Translations under genes and position numbers: made by a program
Assembly: GCF_013297935.1 (NCBI RefSeq)
Contig: NZ_JAAFIX010000004.1
Span: 154,168-218,167, forward strand
Origin: Rhodoferax sp.
GTDB taxonomy: Bacteria; Pseudomonadota; Gammaproteobacteria; Burkholderiales; Burkholderiaceae_C
Direction of reading: 5' to 3'
DNA: 64,000 nt
Shown here: positions 60,859 through 64,000 of the stretch, one piece after another
Position numbering within the stretch: the first letter of the stretch is position 1
How the letters are laid out: each line of letters begins with the position of its first letter
The notes under the pieces: generated by a model
What the model was told of the DNA's origin: nothing
The model's database searches: none
The model's input: only the letters and a program-made list of their open reading frames with translations

Positions 60859-61743
60859 ATGTCGTCACATCGTTTTCATCATGTGCTGCCGTTGCTGGCA
60901 GTTTTGGGCTCTGTCACTGCCTTGGGGCTGGGCACGTCATTGGCCAAACAGTTGTTTCCAGTGGTGGGCTCCCTGGGCACCACGGCCTTGCGGGTGGGGT
61001 TTTCGGCGGTGATATTGCTGTTGCTGTGGCGGCCCTGGCGCTGGGCACTCTCGCCTGCTGACCGCATGTCGCTGCTGCGCTATGGCGTGGCGCTGGGGCT
61101 CATGAACTTATTGTTCTACATGTCGCTGCGCACCATTCCGTTTGGTATTGCGGTGGCGATTGAGTTTTCCGGGCCCTTGGCGGTAGCGCTGTACTCGTCG
61201 CGAAAGCCGGTGGACTTTGTGTGGCTGGCATTGGCGATTGCGGGGCTGGGTTTGCTGCTGCCTTTCGGTGGCGATGTGCAGTCGCTCGACGTGACCGGTG
61301 TGCTCTATGCACTGGCTGCCGCCGCATTCTGGGGGGCTTACATCGTGTTCGGCAAGCGGGTGGGGCACTTGCATGCGGGCCACTCGGTGGCGCTGGGTCT
61401 CACCGTGGCGGCCATGACGGTGGTGCCCTTTGGCGTCTGGCACGCGGGCGCTGCCCTGCTGGAGCCACACACTTTGCTGATCGGGCTGGTGGTGGCTGCG
61501 ATCTCCAGCGCCATTCCTATCTCGCTGGAGATGGTGGCTTTGAAGCGCCTGCCGCAAGAGGCCTTCGGCATCATGACCAGCATGGAGCCAGCGGTGGCGG
61601 CCTTGCTGGGCTTGTTGTTTCTCCATGAGCAGCTCACAGTGCCGCAATGGTGGGCGATTGTGTGCATCATGGGTGCCGCCGCGGGCAGCGCGGCTACCGC
61701 CCGCCGTGAGCCCGCAGCGCTAGCCACCAGCACCCCGGCTTAA
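60859..61743 (+). CDS. EamA/DMT exporter, RhtA-like
   Basis: GTSLAKQLF; IPFGIAVAIEFSGPL; SMEPAVAAL. Confidence 0.85.
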   Translation: MSSHRFHHVLPLLAVLGSVTALGLGTSLAKQLFPVVGSLGTTALRVGFSAVILLLLWRPWRWALSPADRMSLLRYGVALGLMNLLFYMSLRTIPFGIAVAIEFSGPLAVALYSSRKPVDFVWLALAIAGLGLLLPFGGDVQSLDVTGVLYALAAAAFWGAYIVFGKRVGHLHAGHSVALGLTVAAMTVVPFGVWHAGAALLEPHTLLIGLVVAAISSAIPISLEMVALKRLPQEAFGIMTSMEPAVAALLGLLFLHEQLTVPQWWAIVCIMGAAAGSAATARREPAALATSTPA

Positions 61744-61791
61744 AGCATGTGGGGGTGAAGGGGCCGCACCCGCTGAGGGTACGCGGCGTTT

Positions 61792-63129
61792 TCAGGTCTT
61801 GCTATCACTTGCGCGAGCCTGCGCTTCGAGTTGGGCCACGCGCTTTTCGAGCTGGTTGCTGCGTTGGTGGTGGTGCATGACCTGGTCTCGCCGGTCGATG
61901 GCGGCGCGGGCCGCTCGGTCAAACCAGGGTTGCCAGAGTGCCGGCGCCTTGGGCGGGCGTTTGATATTGGGGCCCTCGGCGTTTTGCACATAGTCGGCCA
62001 GTTGCAGCGCGGGCAAGGCAAAGCGCCGGGTTACCCAGAGTGCTGTGCCGGCGGTGGCCAGCAAGCCGATCAATCCGGTCAGCAGTACCGGCAAGGCTTG
62101 GGTCACAGCCCGGGTGCCCACCACGCTGGCAGGTGCATAAATGACCAGGCTGAACGGCGAGCCCCGCAAGGCATAGCGCATCCACCCGTTCTCGGTGGTG
62201 TAGGGCCCGGCCGGTAGGGTGGCCCGGCTGTCGCTCGCGGCCAGGGCGCGGCCCTCGGTGTCGACCACCCAGGCTTGCCCCAAAGGGAGCGGGTGTTGCT
62301 GCATCACTGCGGTCAATGCGTCCAGGGCCAGGTCGGCCCCCATCACCCCCACATAGGTGTCTGACAGGTACACCGGCACCAACACGGACACCACAGGCGT
62401 CTTTTTGACCGGATCCGCATGCATGGCCGTCCACACCGGCTCTTTCTGGAGGTTGCGCTGGGGACCGGCGGCCAGCAGCGGGGTGGTTCCTGCGCTGTCC
62501 CACAAAGTGGCCAGTGCGGCGCCCATGTCGCCCTTGCCGGTTGCTGCCAGCAGCTCGTCGCGGGCTTGCGCGGGATATACCCAGCGCCAGCGCTGGGATG
62601 CGTCGTAAAAATAGCTCCACACCAAACGCTGTTGCTGGGTGTGGGCCGCTACGGCCTGGCCCAGAGCGCCCAGAGGGGCATTGAGCTCCCGGCGGTAGTC
62701 GCCGCCGGAGGCCGGGTTCACATGCACCGAGCCCATGTCTTTGGCCAGGTCCTGGGGTATGCGGTCCCAGGGGGCGTCGCGCAGCGGTGCCAGGTTGCGG
62801 CGCTCCAGGCGCTCGGCAAGGCCTGCGTCGTTGAAGGCGGGTTGGCGCAGGTTGCGCTCTGCGCTCTGGCGCATGCCCATGACGTGCTGCCGGGCGGCGT
62901 CCAGCGGGGTGTTGAGGGCAATCTGCAATTGCTCACCCTGTGCACTCAAGGCCCATTGCAGCGCAGATTTTTGGCGGCTGTAGACACTCCACCCGCCCAG
63001 CAGCAGGGCAAGCGTCAGCCCGCCCAGGACCAGCGCGAGGCTGGTGCGCTGTGCGCGCAACAGCGTGGTGGCACCGGCGGGCGGCGCGGAGGATGAAGGA
63101 GAGGGGGAAGGTGGGGCGGTGAGCGGCAT
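61792..63129 (-). CDS. Cache-domain membrane sensor lacking an output domain
   Basis: TM; WSYFY, PVWTAMHAD and YVGVMGADL dCache motifs; TM; short coiled-coil tail then stop. Confidence 0.7.
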   Translation of the reverse strand: MPLTAPPSPSPSSSAPPAGATTLLRAQRTSLALVLGGLTLALLLGGWSVYSRQKSALQWALSAQGEQLQIALNTPLDAARQHVMGMRQSAERNLRQPAFNDAGLAERLERRNLAPLRDAPWDRIPQDLAKDMGSVHVNPASGGDYRRELNAPLGALGQAVAAHTQQQRLVWSYFYDASQRWRWVYPAQARDELLAATGKGDMGAALATLWDSAGTTPLLAAGPQRNLQKEPVWTAMHADPVKKTPVVSVLVPVYLSDTYVGVMGADLALDALTAVMQQHPLPLGQAWVVDTEGRALAASDSRATLPAGPYTTENGWMRYALRGSPFSLVIYAPASVVGTRAVTQALPVLLTGLIGLLATAGTALWVTRRFALPALQLADYVQNAEGPNIKRPPKAPALWQPWFDRAARAAIDRRDQVMHHHQRSNQLEKRVAQLEAQARASDSKT

Positions 63130-63204
63130 AGCGCTATTGTGGCCCCGCAAGCGCGCCTGCCGCCAGTTGCTTTCGCAAGCGGCGGCGGTGGCGCGCCAGC
63201 CGGT

Positions 63205-64000
63205 TTACTTGCCCTTGGCGGCGAGTGGGATCTTGAGCTTCAGCTCTGCCAGAGCGGAGCGCCCTGCCACGTAGCCGGCCTGAATCAAGTCTTTGCGGGC
63301 GGCAAAGTCGGTGCTGCTGAAGCGCGAAGTGTCCGGCCGGATCACCATGTCGGCCTCTTTGGACTCCAAAGCGGTGAGTGCGCGGCCCATGATTTCAAAC
63401 GATTGCAAAATGACTTCGTACAAGCCATTGCCCACATTGTTCTGGGGTTTGGTGCCGACGTCGATGGCAATCACCTGGGTGGCGCCCAAGGTGCGCGCAA
63501 AGCGCACCGGCAAGGGGCTGACCAAGCCGCCATCCACCAGCTCCATGCCGCCGACCAAGGCAGGCACAAAAACTCCCGGAATAGCGCTGGAGGCCCGAAC
63601 GGCCTGCCCGGTGTCACCGGAGCGCAAAAGCACCGCTTCGCCGCTCTGCAGGTTGGTGGCAACCGCGCCAAACGTGAGCTTGAGCTTTTCGATGGGCTGG
63701 TTGCGCACGTACTCATTCACAAGTTTTTGCAGTGCCTCGCCGGCAAACATTCCGCGTTTGTTGGCGGAGTTGAGGTCTGCGACATCAATATCGCGCACCT
63801 TGAGTGCTACCTCTTCCATTTGCCACGGGCTGAAGCCGGCGGCATAAAACGCGCCGACCAAAGAGCCCGCGCTGGTGCCTACCACCACGTCTGGCTTGTA
63901 GCCGCTTTCTTCCAAGGCTTTGAGCACCCCGATGTGGGCGAAACCACGGGCAGAGCCTCCGCCCAGCACCACACCCAGTTTGCCGGGGCGCTTGGGGCTG
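63205..64000 (-). CDS. Patatin-like phospholipase (RssA/NTE-like); 5' end lies beyond the window
   Basis: LGVVLGGGSARGFAHIG; GTSAG; DGG; frame open to the window edge. Confidence 0.85.
   Translation of the reverse strand, partial: SPKRPGKLGVVLGGGSARGFAHIGVLKALEESGYKPDVVVGTSAGSLVGAFYAAGFSPWQMEEVALKVRDIDVADLNSANKRGMFAGEALQKLVNEYVRNQPIEKLKLTFGAVATNLQSGEAVLLRSGDTGQAVRASSAIPGVFVPALVGGMELVDGGLVSPLPVRFARTLGATQVIAIDVGTKPQNNVGNGLYEVILQSFEIMGRALTALESKEADMVIRPDTSRFSSTDFAARKDLIQAGYVAGRSALAELKLKIPLAAKGK

Overview
A 64-kb GC-rich chromosomal window. Gene content and a CIRCE-controlled groESL suggest a Comamonadaceae-like betaproteobacterium (inference). It contains: a type II secretion cluster (gspG-H-I-J-K-L-M-N-D-E and gspF, with a divergent gspC-like gene) split between gspE and gspF by an oppositely oriented lipase/foldase pair; ilvA, an OsmC-like gene, coq7 and two porins; a hexR-zwf/tal-pgi sugar locus; a YcaQ-like glycosylase, a Tat-type MBL hydrolase and a HAD hydrolase; groESL; a ~15-kb co-directional run (Tim44-like, orphan nuoA, YnjC/D-like ABC, Rieske, TlpA, ynjF, DedA-flavoprotein reductase fusion, oxidoreductase-SelD fusion, DUF3047, second oxidoreductase, MscS, YhgE/Pip); an NhaR module; katG; a PAS-GGDEF-EAL gene; and assorted hydrolases and regulators. 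I saw no tRNA, rRNA, CRISPR array or transposase. Three observations stand out. (1) A ~54-bp fixed-spacing DNA element (AAAA-N7-TAGCCC-N10-TGCGC-N4-AGCT-N11-AGC) occurs 11 times, mostly inside or at the ends of coding sequences, apparently without adding residues in two membrane proteins. (2) A SelD-centred redox/transport/lipid cluster has no Sec or selenouridine genes nearby, so it is a candidate for an uncharacterised selenium or chalcogen/metalloid pathway. (3) An NhaR module has an identical 14-bp putative operator upstream of both flanking units, one of which includes a lone nuoA. All family assignments come from motif recognition, not database searches.
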